Virus record (IMG/VR): IMGVR_UViG_3300021140_000485
Length of the DNA stretch: 64,000 bases
DNA from: a virus
Taxonomy: Duplodnaviria; Heunggongvirae; Uroviricota; Caudoviricetes
Reading direction: 5' to 3' (one strand)
Under the pieces are notes generated by a model, which saw only the letters and a list, made by a program, of their open reading frames with translations, made no database searches and was not told the DNA's origin. Made by a program: the position numbers and the translations under genes. Below are positions 55,893 through 64,000 of the stretch, piece after piece; positions within the stretch are counted from its first letter, which is position 1; each line of letters opens with the position of its first letter.

Positions 55893-55947
55893 AGCCCAAA
55901 AAACAATAAGTCCCTGTTAGATAACTTAAGTTCGTTTCCTAACAGGG
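55893..55947 (-). terminator. Intrinsic terminator (CCCTGTTAG-n18-CTAACAGGG, then a T-rich run on the minus strand).
   Basis: Perfect 9-bp stem, 3' of the Hc1-like gene. Confidence 0.55.
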
Positions 55948-56035
55948 CCCCTATTAATCTTACGAGGTTCCTTAAACTAACCAATATTGAAAATATAAAC
56001 ACAAATAAAAAAATAGTGTTAATATTCAACATAAC

Positions 56036-56209
56036 TTAGTCTTTTTTACTCTCATCCAAAATCTCTACGCGAAGTTGTTGTAACAAAGCTTTCAATTCTT
56101 GACAAGTCTTTCTAGCTCTTGTACCGGCACTTTTATTACCTTTGTAGAACTTCTCCGTGTCAAACGATAGAGTTTCGGTTAAATCTTTAATTTGCTTCAA
56201 AGTTTCCAT
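56036..56209 (-). CDS. Histone H1-like nucleoid protein (Hc1-domain), 57 aa, not in the ORF track.
   Basis: Manual translation gives 'METLKQIKDLTETLSFDTEKFYKGNKSAGTRARKTCQELKALLQQLRVEILDESKKD'. The 'KGNKxAGTRxRK..QELKA' core is typical of Bacteroidetes Hc1/histone-H1-like proteins. Confidence 0.6.
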   Translation of the reverse strand: METLKQIKDLTETLSFDTEKFYKGNKSAGTRARKTCQELKALLQQLRVEILDESKKD

Positions 56210-56280
56210 TTTCAATTAAAAATAAAATCTGTTTATTTGTTGGTTTAATTATAATATAGATTAAACCATAATCAACCCAA

Positions 56281-56745
56281 TTATAAATGAATTACAGAAC
56301 GATTAAATAGTTTATAAACCTCTGTTAATATATCCAGGTCAGATTTAACAAAAGTTTTGTCTAAGTCAAATAAGTCTTTTACAAATAAGTTGATTGATTT
56401 TCTGATGTTCTCATCTTTTTGATTATAAAAGCTGTCGTTCATAAACACCTTCATATAATCTTTATGTTCACCATCAGAATCTATGAGAATATTTTCCTTT
56501 TGGAAGTTTTCTAATATTTTGTTCCAACACCAATTAAAGTGATTTGTTATATCTTCTTCAGAAAATTTAATTTTAGTTTCTAATGTGTCGTCACCAAGAT
56601 ATGTTGTTACCACTAATGTGGTTAAAGATTCAACAATATCATTAAATAACTCAACCCTTTCAGGTATCATATTATGGATATTAAACCATATCTCAACGTC
56701 TTCCTTTGGCACAGGTTGGGTTATCCAATTATAAAAATTCTCCAT
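56281..56745 (-). CDS. Hypothetical protein.
   Basis: 154-aa ORF. Confidence 0.5.
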   Translation of the reverse strand: MENFYNWITQPVPKEDVEIWFNIHNMIPERVELFNDIVESLTTLVVTTYLGDDTLETKIKFSEEDITNHFNWCWNKILENFQKENILIDSDGEHKDYMKVFMNDSFYNQKDENIRKSINLFVKDLFDLDKTFVKSDLDILTEVYKLFNRSVIHL

Positions 56746-56791
56746 AGTTTCCTATGGAGAATCATAAAATCAAATTATATTAATTGTAGTG

Positions 56792-58531
56792 TTATTGAGT
56801 TTTTTTGTTATAATCAACAAGACTTTTCATTTTTTGAATCTCTTCAGAAATTAATTTCTCTTGTTTATTTTCTTTACTCTCACCTAATTTTTTGAAGATG
56901 TCTTGTGATTTTTTAGCACCTTTCTTAAGTTTCAAATCACCTTGTTCTGTTGACTCACCAGCTTGGTCCACAGGTTGTGGATATCTCTTATAAGACGCGT
57001 TCATTTGTTCTGCACCATAAACATTATCCTCAAAGTTTTTATACATCTTTTCACCAAGTTCTGATGGAACAACATTACCTAAAGCATTCCCATCTTTGTC
57101 AACTTGAGCATTACCCGTTTTAGATGAACCTTTTAAGTTAGCCTCAATCCACTCATCATTTGGTTTAATCTCGTCATAAACCAAATTAGTCATACCAGGA
57201 TATGCAAAATCGTCAATGTATTCCTCAACAGCATCTGAAGCTTTATAAGCTTTCTTAGGTGTTTCTTTCATTTCACCGTTACCCCTTGGGAATTTCTTAG
57301 GTTCCATATCATATTCACCTTCAGAAGCATCTTTTAAATACTCTTTCATCTTCTTAACAGTGTCTTTGATGTGTTTGTCATTAACCTCTTTGTTTTTCTT
57401 TTCAACCTTATTGAAATCGGGTTCAACTGAAGAACTTTTTTTACTAATATTTGATTGTTCCATTACAATTCTTTCAATTAAATCAATTATTTCATTTTCA
57501 GTCAATTTAACACTTTCATTAACTTTAGCTTTACCTTTACCAGGCCAATCTTTTTTAGCTCTTTTTGCAAAGTATAATTGACTCATTTTTGTCTTATCAG
57601 TATGTGGTACTTTCTTACCATCATCTTTTAATTTCTGAGTCTTGTCTTTCAATTTTTTGATTGCCTTATCTAAATCATCAATTGTCATATCAGAATATTG
57701 ACCAGTTTGTTTAACATCAACATTTCCTTTCCACTTTTCAGTAACTTCATATTTTTTACCGTCAACAGTAAAACTATCTTTACCTTCTTTCTTAGCCTTT
57801 GCTAAAGCCCCTGAGAATGCATTACCTTCTTCAGTCTCTCCTTGTTCACCCATTCTTTGTTTTTTTATATCCGAGTAAACACCAATAACTTTAGATGGTC
57901 TACCATCAAACTCATCTCTATCTTCTTCACCAATATCCATTCTTTTTTTACGTAATTTCAATGGTCCCCATTTGTCACGATATGTGTTAAATATTCTTCT
58001 ACCACTATCACTTTGGTCTCCACTTTGAAACCACCTTTGATTGCCAGCCTTTTCAGTAAATGAATCATAATCATCAAACTCTTCCTCGTCATAATCAAAA
58101 TCAAAACCACCAGTGTACTCTCTATCCCTTTCATCAGTCCAATACTCTTTATCACCTCTGTTTTGACCTAAAAATTTACTTTCATTGAATTCTTTAGCAA
58201 CTTTCTTTTCGTAATTGTATCCTACATTTTTAACCTTGCCTACTTTTTTAGGACTATCAGTTTCAAAATCACCGTAAGGTTTAACCCCTTCAATGTCATC
58301 ATCACCCATAGTGTATTCTTTCATAGGTTTTTTCTTACGTAGAAGTTTGAAGTCCCCAGCATCTATTTTATTATTCTTGTTCTTGTCTAACTCACTTTGT
58401 CTACCGTGTAGTTTTTCAGTGGTTTCAACTTTTTTGGCAATTTCAGAAACAATTTGGTCAGCCTTAGCCTCCAAAGCTTCATTTAATGCTTTTTCAACGA
58501 TGTTGTCAATATATTTTGAAAAATTGTCCAT
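56792..58531 (-). CDS. Large Lys/Glu/Asp-rich hypothetical protein.
   Basis: 579-aa ORF with a highly charged, low-complexity composition. Confidence 0.6.
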   Translation of the reverse strand: MDNFSKYIDNIVEKALNEALEAKADQIVSEIAKKVETTEKLHGRQSELDKNKNNKIDAGDFKLLRKKKPMKEYTMGDDDIEGVKPYGDFETDSPKKVGKVKNVGYNYEKKVAKEFNESKFLGQNRGDKEYWTDERDREYTGGFDFDYDEEEFDDYDSFTEKAGNQRWFQSGDQSDSGRRIFNTYRDKWGPLKLRKKRMDIGEEDRDEFDGRPSKVIGVYSDIKKQRMGEQGETEEGNAFSGALAKAKKEGKDSFTVDGKKYEVTEKWKGNVDVKQTGQYSDMTIDDLDKAIKKLKDKTQKLKDDGKKVPHTDKTKMSQLYFAKRAKKDWPGKGKAKVNESVKLTENEIIDLIERIVMEQSNISKKSSSVEPDFNKVEKKNKEVNDKHIKDTVKKMKEYLKDASEGEYDMEPKKFPRGNGEMKETPKKAYKASDAVEEYIDDFAYPGMTNLVYDEIKPNDEWIEANLKGSSKTGNAQVDKDGNALGNVVPSELGEKMYKNFEDNVYGAEQMNASYKRYPQPVDQAGESTEQGDLKLKKGAKKSQDIFKKLGESKENKQEKLISEEIQKMKSLVDYNKKTQ

Positions 58532-58571
58532 ACGATTTTTAATTATAAATATCCACGATTATGTAATCGTT

Positions 58572-59543
58572 TTATTTTTTGTTTTTAGTTTTTAGATTGT
58601 AATAAAGTATCTTTTTGATTATTTGTTCATCAACACCCAATTTTTGACTAGCCGAATTAATTGCTTCTTTAACTGAACCATTTTCAAAAATTTTAACTGC
58701 ACCTGCCCCTTGATTACAATAGGGAAAGGTCAAACATTTCTTTTTGACCTTAACAAACTTTCCTCCTTTATAAATTGGTTTCTTACCCCCTCTCCAGTTT
58801 TTCTTATTTTTAGCAATAAATGCCGGTGTTGAGTAAGCTCCTACTGAGGCTGACGTAGTTGCTTCTGTTGCTTCAACCTTTTCTATATCACCTTCTTTAC
58901 TCTCAATCTTAGATAATTTTGTATAGTAATGTGGGTCTTCATATAAATGGTCTTTTGCAATCTCCATTGCAATTTTAATACTATCGGTATGTTCTAATTC
59001 AGTTTTAACACCCTTAACAAGTTCTTTCTTTAAGGTTTTAAACACATCTTCAATTTCACCCTTCATTTTACCTTTAGAGTGCATTTTAGCAATATCCTTA
59101 AGTGTTTTACCTTTGGCTAAACCACCAGGTATCTTTTCAGTTTCATTTGTTTCCTCTTTAGTAAATAATGGTGCTGAAAATGGACCTGCAGATGATGCAC
59201 CTGTTGCCTCATCAGCCTCTATTTTATTAACCCTACCATATTTTTTCTTTTTTACAAATGGGTCATTAGACGCCGCATTTGGAACACCGTAACTGTATTG
59301 GTCACCAGTGTCTTTATCGTGTTTTCTAGATTTTTTCTTAAACTCAACAAAATCAGAATCTAATTTCAAATCTTCTTTGAATTTATTTTTAGCATCTTCG
59401 TATTCAGATTCTTTTGTCTCACCCTCCATATTCATAGAATATTTCAAAGCATCCCCAATAGTGTCAGAATTTAATTTGACATTCGGCTGTGATGTATAAG
59501 CCGCCATAATACCTTTTTTAAATAAATCTGAACTACTTCTCAT
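58572..59543 (-). CDS. Lys-rich hypothetical protein.
   Basis: 323-aa ORF. Confidence 0.55.
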   Translation of the reverse strand: MRSSSDLFKKGIMAAYTSQPNVKLNSDTIGDALKYSMNMEGETKESEYEDAKNKFKEDLKLDSDFVEFKKKSRKHDKDTGDQYSYGVPNAASNDPFVKKKKYGRVNKIEADEATGASSAGPFSAPLFTKEETNETEKIPGGLAKGKTLKDIAKMHSKGKMKGEIEDVFKTLKKELVKGVKTELEHTDSIKIAMEIAKDHLYEDPHYYTKLSKIESKEGDIEKVEATEATTSASVGAYSTPAFIAKNKKNWRGGKKPIYKGGKFVKVKKKCLTFPYCNQGAGAVKIFENGSVKEAINSASQKLGVDEQIIKKILYYNLKTKNKK

Positions 59544-59544
59544 C

Positions 59545-59790
59545 TTATGCGTTTCTTAATCTTGGTTCCCAATATGAACGGTTCATCCACATAAATTGGT
59601 AGAACTCTCTAAACATTCTTAAAGTAATATCTTTAATGTCTCCTTGAAGTTTACCTCTTTTTATTTCTTTGGCAATCGTGTCCATCATTTTGTCTTCGAA
59701 TTGCTTAATAGTATTAGTATTCATAAAGCTCTTTATTTCTTTACGAATTAATACCTCTATTTCTTTTACGTCTGAACTTGTTAGTGCCAT
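59545..59790 (-). CDS. Hypothetical small protein.
   Basis: 81-aa ORF. Confidence 0.45.
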   Translation of the reverse strand: MALTSSDVKEIEVLIRKEIKSFMNTNTIKQFEDKMMDTIAKEIKRGKLQGDIKDITLRMFREFYQFMWMNRSYWEPRLRNA

Positions 59791-60218
59791 TACTTTGTTA
59801 TGTATAAATAACTCAAAGTCAGAATTATTGCTCCTGAAATTATCTGAGAAAAAGTTTTTTTTGTTTTAACTTTTCTTAATTCTTTTTGAGTGGTTTTTAT
59901 CTCATCGTTTAAGATTTCATTTTTTCTTTTTTCACTTTCAACTAAGGTAATGTAATTATCCTCTTTTGACTTTAGTTTTTGTATTACTGAATCTTGATAA
60001 GTAACTTTTAATTCTAATTGTGTGATTTGAATATTAGCCAAAGATAATTGAGCAATCGCCGAATCACCCCTCATCAAATCTTTAACAACCTCTCTAGCAA
60101 CTTTAACAGGTAAAACTACTACCTGGCTATCTTTACTTTGAGTAACGGTCTGTGAAAAACTTGGTAAGCTCAGTGTCAGTAAAATTACTAACAGAATTAA
60201 TCTTTTTACCATATTCAT
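59790..60218 (-). CDS. Secreted coiled-coil protein (signal peptide 'MNMVKRLILLVILLTLSLPSFSQ'). Spanin-like partner candidate; no lipobox Cys.
   Basis: Its start lies 86 nt inside the preceding TM/coiled-coil gene, in another frame. Confidence 0.5.
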   Translation of the reverse strand: MNMVKRLILLVILLTLSLPSFSQTVTQSKDSQVVVLPVKVAREVVKDLMRGDSAIAQLSLANIQITQLELKVTYQDSVIQKLKSKEDNYITLVESEKRKNEILNDEIKTTQKELRKVKTKKTFSQIISGAIILTLSYLYITK

Positions 60219-60501
60219 TCCCTACTTTAATTCTAATCTCTTTTATTTGTTGTATACTGTTGTTTGTCTCTTCAATTTTAACTTCATACTTTTCAATCTC
60301 AGTTTGTAGTTTCTCTTGTTTTTTTTCGATATTTTCAATCTTATTATTTAACTCTCTAATTTCAAAACGAGCTTCTTCACTCATCTTACTTAAAGGTGTT
60401 AAAACAAAAATCATCCAATACAATATAAAAAGACACACAACAAATATTAATATAGATTTGTAGTTGTTCTTAATATATGATATGATTAGATTACTCTTCA
60501 T
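60133..60501 (-). CDS. N-terminal TM anchor plus coiled-coil protein (i-spanin-like topology).
   Basis: 'ILIFVVCLFILYWMIFVL' TM segment, then a heptad-rich region. Confidence 0.5.
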   Translation of the reverse strand: MKSNLIISYIKNNYKSILIFVVCLFILYWMIFVLTPLSKMSEEARFEIRELNNKIENIEKKQEKLQTEIEKYEVKIEETNNSIQQIKEIRIKVGNEYGKKINSVSNFTDTELTKFFTDRYSK

Positions 60502-61066
60502 CTTGTGTTGTTTGTTTTCTTGAAGCTAAAACCCTCGACCACTTAACTTTAAATTTATCGTAAAAACTTTTTAACTTATTAATTGTTTCTAAAGTCTCAT
60601 CATCAACTTTCAACATATTCCCGTTGATGTAAGTACCACTACTTTCACCAATAGTATAAATAAAATCAATATCTTTATCGATAATTTTACCTGACCATTC
60701 AACAGTAGTTGGGTATAGGTTTAATTGATTAAAATCTGAAAGGTCTGAAACCTCTTCAGAGAAGTCATCCATAGTCTCTTGGAAAGCAACTTTATCGTCA
60801 GTTGTAATGTCTGTATCAGATTTTTCTTTTCCGTGAATGGCTAGTATCCCACCTGATATTCTATATTTTTGGACATACTCATCGTCAGCCTCTTTTTCTT
60901 TACCATTCTCAGCAGTATCGTATTCATCCTGTTCGATTTCATCTTCGATACTCTTACCAATATTCATTGGTCCAAGTTTTTCGGCGTTTAATTGTTCCAT
61001 CACCAATCTTGATGTCTTTAACAAGTCTTTAATTTCGTCGTACCTATTGTTCGCTAAGTTGTTCAT
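60491..61066 (-). CDS. Acidic hypothetical protein.
   Basis: 191-aa ORF. Confidence 0.5.
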   Translation of the reverse strand: MNNLANNRYDEIKDLLKTSRLVMEQLNAEKLGPMNIGKSIEDEIEQDEYDTAENGKEKEADDEYVQKYRISGGILAIHGKEKSDTDITTDDKVAFQETMDDFSEEVSDLSDFNQLNLYPTTVEWSGKIIDKDIDFIYTIGESSGTYINGNMLKVDDETLETINKLKSFYDKFKVKWSRVLASRKQTTQDEE

Positions 61067-61655
61067 CTTCTATTTGTTTTTTGAATGATGTGAAAGGAAA
61101 TGCAGGACTTAAATCTGTAAATCTTTGGTCATAATTACTTCTTGAAACTATTCCCTTGAAGTTTTCGATGCCATCGAATTTTGTATTATGCCCTACGAAT
61201 TTATTTGGTATTGAAAATTTCTCACACAACATTTTACAAAGTTCAACAGATTTCTCGATTTGAACATCCGTGTATGGTTGCCAAAAGAAATAGTCTCTCC
61301 ACTTCTTTTCATATACATTATCTTTATAAATATTACCAATCCAATTCAAGTAGTGTTCAGAAAGAGGTTTTTTATTTAACCATCCATAGTTTTCAAAACA
61401 AACAATTATATGATTTTTTTTAATCCTATCATTAATTAAAAAATCACTAGTGTAATTCGGTGATAATATCTCTAATACTCTACCTTCTCGAGTTATTAGA
61501 TAGTGAGGTAACTTAGTATAGTTACCCCCCATTCTAAACTTAAGGGAGGTCAAGTATTCACTTGCCTCCCTTGATGTATGACAGAGCACAATCTGTCTTT
61601 TTTCTTTAAGTTTTTTTTGTGTCTTAAATTTACCGTAAACGATTACTTCATCCAT
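61044..61655 (-). CDS. N-acetylmuramoyl-L-alanine amidase-like (Amidase_2/PGRP fold) protein.
   Basis: 'IVLCHTS' plus 'HYLITREGRV' fit the Zn-binding His / substrate region of type-2 amidases. Moderate support. Confidence 0.5.
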   Translation of the reverse strand: MDEVIVYGKFKTQKKLKEKRQIVLCHTSREASEYLTSLKFRMGGNYTKLPHYLITREGRVLEILSPNYTSDFLINDRIKKNHIIVCFENYGWLNKKPLSEHYLNWIGNIYKDNVYEKKWRDYFFWQPYTDVQIEKSVELCKMLCEKFSIPNKFVGHNTKFDGIENFKGIVSRSNYDQRFTDLSPAFPFTSFKKQIEDEQLSEQ

Positions 61656-62328
61656 TTCGTCCTGTATAGGATAGTCGGTTTATATTGTTTTGTTCTTCGG
61701 ATAAATTTTCAAACTTTTTCCTGTTCATTTCATCAAGAAGTTTTTGTAGTCTTTCAATCTCTTCTTGTGACGCTTTTAACCTTTCATTCTCATCTCTTTC
61801 GAATTCTTTCTTAGCAACTTCTTTCGATATTTCGTCAATGTCAACGTCAGGTGGTAAAGTTTTCTTATCCTGTTCCTCAAATTTAACTAACATATGTAAA
61901 AACGAAAGAGAAATTAGTGGTAACATACCACCAGCAAAGAACGCTAAGAATCTTTTATGTGACACAAGGTTACCAGATTCAACTCCAATATATGAAACGA
62001 GAGGGTCTGTCATTTCAACCCAACTCTTGAACATATCTCCATTCATATCAATATACTGATAAGCAAAAAATATGTTACCAATAAATTGTATTAATGTTAC
62101 AATACCAAATGGTAAATAAACTTTTCTACCCATTTGTGCTGATATTGCAGCAAGTGCTGACAACGCAGCAATTTCAATACCTACTGATAGATAGATTGCC
62201 CAAGTAACAGGATTACTTATTCCATACCAAGTAGTAACGTGAGATATTGAAACAAATGCAACTGTTAGAATTGGAATCAAAAATGCAAAGTAGATGATTT
62301 TTTTAAAATTCCTTTGTATCCAATTCAT
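61648..62328 (-). CDS. Multi-pass membrane protein with a C-terminal coiled coil (holin-like or infection-related).
   Basis: 4-5 hydrophobic helices followed by 'EEIERLQKLLDEM'. Confidence 0.55.
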   Translation of the reverse strand: MNWIQRNFKKIIYFAFLIPILTVAFVSISHVTTWYGISNPVTWAIYLSVGIEIAALSALAAISAQMGRKVYLPFGIVTLIQFIGNIFFAYQYIDMNGDMFKSWVEMTDPLVSYIGVESGNLVSHKRFLAFFAGGMLPLISLSFLHMLVKFEEQDKKTLPPDVDIDEISKEVAKKEFERDENERLKASQEEIERLQKLLDEMNRKKFENLSEEQNNINRLSYTGRNG

Positions 62329-62330
62329 AG

Positions 62331-62618
62331 TTATTTCATTTTAGCTTCTAATGACGAAATTTCATTGTCAATTTGAGTTTGTCTATTAACATCTAAAATT
62401 TTTCTATCAGTTGATTGAATCATTCTTTTTTCGGATTTCAACCCTTCAATCTGAAGTCTTAAATTCAATTCTTCTTTAGTGTATGTGGAGTCTTTGATTA
62501 CACCAATCTCTTTTCTAATTTTTGACAACTCACGAGTGTCTCCACAACTTTTGAAGAAACTCAACACCGCAATTACCAAAACAATCACAGTGAAATTCTT
62601 TTTAATAAATTCTTTCAT
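62331..62618 (-). CDS. Small signal-anchored coiled-coil protein.
   Basis: 'FTVIVLVIAVLSFF' TM segment. 95 aa. Confidence 0.5.
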   Translation of the reverse strand: MKEFIKKNFTVIVLVIAVLSFFKSCGDTRELSKIRKEIGVIKDSTYTKEELNLRLQIEGLKSEKRMIQSTDRKILDVNRQTQIDNEISSLEAKMK

Positions 62619-62650
62619 AGTTTTTTTTTATAAATAAATATCCAAAAATC

Positions 62651-63460
62651 TTATAGATAATCAAAAAGTTCACTAGACTCATTACGCAACTTACGTAAAG
62701 CCTTCTCTTTAATTTGTCTAACACGTTCCTTAGTTAATTGGAAGTCATTACCAATATCTTCAAGTGTACGGGTATTTCCTGACAATCCGTAGTAATCTTC
62801 AATGATAATTTTTTCACGGTCATCTAAAACTTCTAAGATACCTTTCAACTTGTCTTTAAGGATGTCTTTTGTATGAAATCCGGAGTCAGGTGCCAAAGCA
62901 TCAGGATTACTCAAAACATCCAACAAAGTATCACCATCTTCATTGAGGGGATTATCATAATTAACCGTATAAGGAAGGGTTACAAACTTTTCGGGTAACT
63001 CAACCCCACTCTTCTCAAGTTCTTTTTTAGCCTTTTGAAGTTCTTGAACAACATTCACAGGAAGACGAATAGTTCTCGCATTCTCGTTAAGTGATTGTAG
63101 GATTGATTGTCTTACCCACCAAACCGCATATGAAATAAACCTTAGCTGTTTGGACCAATCGAAATTTTCAACAGCTTTAAGTAATCCAAGATTACCTTCA
63201 GCAATTAGGTCACAAAGTTCTAATCCTTGATTTTGGTATTGTTTGGCAACAGTAATTACAAATCGGAGATTACCTGTTAACAATTCTTGTTCAATTTGAC
63301 GTTTCTCTGTTAACGTCAAATCATCCGATAACATTCTCTGAGCGAGTTGTTTTTCTCTATCAGGTGTCATAACTTTTATCTTACGAATATCTTTAAGATA
63401 AGTTGCAATCTCTTCTTGATTAATAGGGATACTTAAATTTTTGTCTTTCATATGTCTCAC
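62651..63460 (-). CDS. Sigma-70 family RNA polymerase sigma factor.
   Basis: Region 2 'FISYAVWWVRQSI' and 'LIAEGNLGLLKAVENFD'. Region 4 HTH 'RTLEDIGNDFQLTKERVRQIKEKALRKLR'. Confidence 0.85.
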   Translation of the reverse strand: MRHMKDKNLSIPINQEEIATYLKDIRKIKVMTPDREKQLAQRMLSDDLTLTEKRQIEQELLTGNLRFVITVAKQYQNQGLELCDLIAEGNLGLLKAVENFDWSKQLRFISYAVWWVRQSILQSLNENARTIRLPVNVVQELQKAKKELEKSGVELPEKFVTLPYTVNYDNPLNEDGDTLLDVLSNPDALAPDSGFHTKDILKDKLKGILEVLDDREKIIIEDYYGLSGNTRTLEDIGNDFQLTKERVRQIKEKALRKLRNESSELFDYL

Positions 63461-63999
63461 TTAATGTAGGTTTTTAAAATTTGTTGTTCTTCTTCTGTTA
63501 GTGTTTCAAGTCCTTGGTCGTATATTTTTTCTAAAAGGTCGTCTAATGTAGGTATCTTGATTTTGTTTTTTGAGCGACGAATGATATCAATAATGTCGTC
63601 TTCATCATCATCGTCATCTTCATTTTCAAGAAATTCTAATATTGAAAACCCTTCCGTTCCATTCTTAACATTCGTCATATTAACAGATGACAAATTTAGT
63701 TCCGAATTTGGATTATCGATGTTAAAAAACCACTTTTCGTCATCATCAGGTAAAAAGACTGACATATTGTCAGTTTCACTGACAAAAATTCCATATATGT
63801 TACCGTAAAAAGCATCGTGAACATATGATTTAATCTCATCTTTAGTCATTTCACTCTTGAAATGAAAAAAAAACAAACCTGAATTGTAAAGATAAGAAAA
63901 ATTTTCAGACCCAACGACTGGTGATACCACCATAATAATATCGTTTTTGTGTTTGTCGTTAAAGTCCTTAAAAGAGATAATTAAGTTGTACTTTGTCAT
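63457..63999 (-). CDS. Acidic hypothetical protein with a poly-Asp/Glu stretch.
   Basis: 180-aa ORF with 'EDDDDDEDD'. It may be truncated at the window edge (its start at 63999 is inside the window). Confidence 0.5.
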   Translation of the reverse strand: MTKYNLIISFKDFNDKHKNDIIMVVSPVVGSENFSYLYNSGLFFFHFKSEMTKDEIKSYVHDAFYGNIYGIFVSETDNMSVFLPDDDEKWFFNIDNPNSELNLSSVNMTNVKNGTEGFSILEFLENEDDDDDEDDIIDIIRRSKNKIKIPTLDDLLEKIYDQGLETLTEEEQQILKTYIK

Positions 64000-64000
64000 A

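Noticed and set aside
1-64000. CRISPR arrays, integrase/transposase or other mobile-element hallmarks.
   Set aside because: There are no regularly spaced direct repeats with unique spacers, and no recombinase, transposase or HNH/LAGLIDADG motifs were recognised. The only repeats are the terminator family, the 62-bp pair and the in-gene collagen repeats.

Overview
This is an AT-rich window (about one-third GC) that looks like part of a large or jumbo tailed bacteriophage, probably one infecting a Gram-negative, Bacteroidetes-like host. The evidence is: Rho-independent terminators with GC stems and T-runs; a sigma-70 family factor; a Dam-like methylase; an Hc1 'histone H1-like' gene; Sec signal peptides; and GH19 and amidase lysis enzymes. 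More than 90% of genes are on the minus strand. The recognisable content is as follows.
- Glycan modification genes: a NeuD/PglD-like hexapeptide acetyltransferase, a BKACE/DUF849 enzyme, a small cytidylyltransferase, three GT2 glycosyltransferases, and a UDP-galactopyranose mutase.
- RNA-end repair genes: a DraRnl-type ATP RNA ligase, a P-loop kinase, and two metallophosphoesterases.
- One initiator-like tRNA-Met. It is co-transcribed with a roughly 950-nt noncoding stretch of elevated GC content, and the transcription unit is closed by its own terminator.
- Nucleotide hydrolases (Nudix, DHH/NrnA-like), two DNA methyltransferases plus a DUF3310 fusion, and a type-II glutamine-synthetase homologue.
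- Three tandem giant genes (1052, 1140 and 1087 aa) encoding collagen-like Gly-X-Gln fibre proteins. Each ends in a phage intramolecular-chaperone / peptidase S74 'SDxRLK' domain.
- Thioredoxin, a glutaredoxin-like redoxin, DnaJ, cyclophilin and an SPFH protein.
- A lysis region: amidase, a multi-transmembrane protein, and an overlapped pair encoding a TM/coiled-coil protein and a signal-peptide/coiled-coil protein.
Structure not explained by ordinary annotation includes four things.
- A family of at least eight otherwise unrelated proteins shares an N-terminal leader, 'M-x-(Y)-I/L-I/L-T-E-S' or 'MNLQEQISRI...ITES'. It resembles a T4-type capsid-targeting / prohead-protease (L/I-x-E) propeptide.
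- Terminators recur with a conserved sequence, 'AAAACCCCCAC-loop-GTGAGGGTT'.
- A 62-bp element is duplicated upstream of two secreted-protein genes.
- A codon-usage island of higher GC lies next to the tRNA.
No integrase, transposase or CRISPR array was seen.
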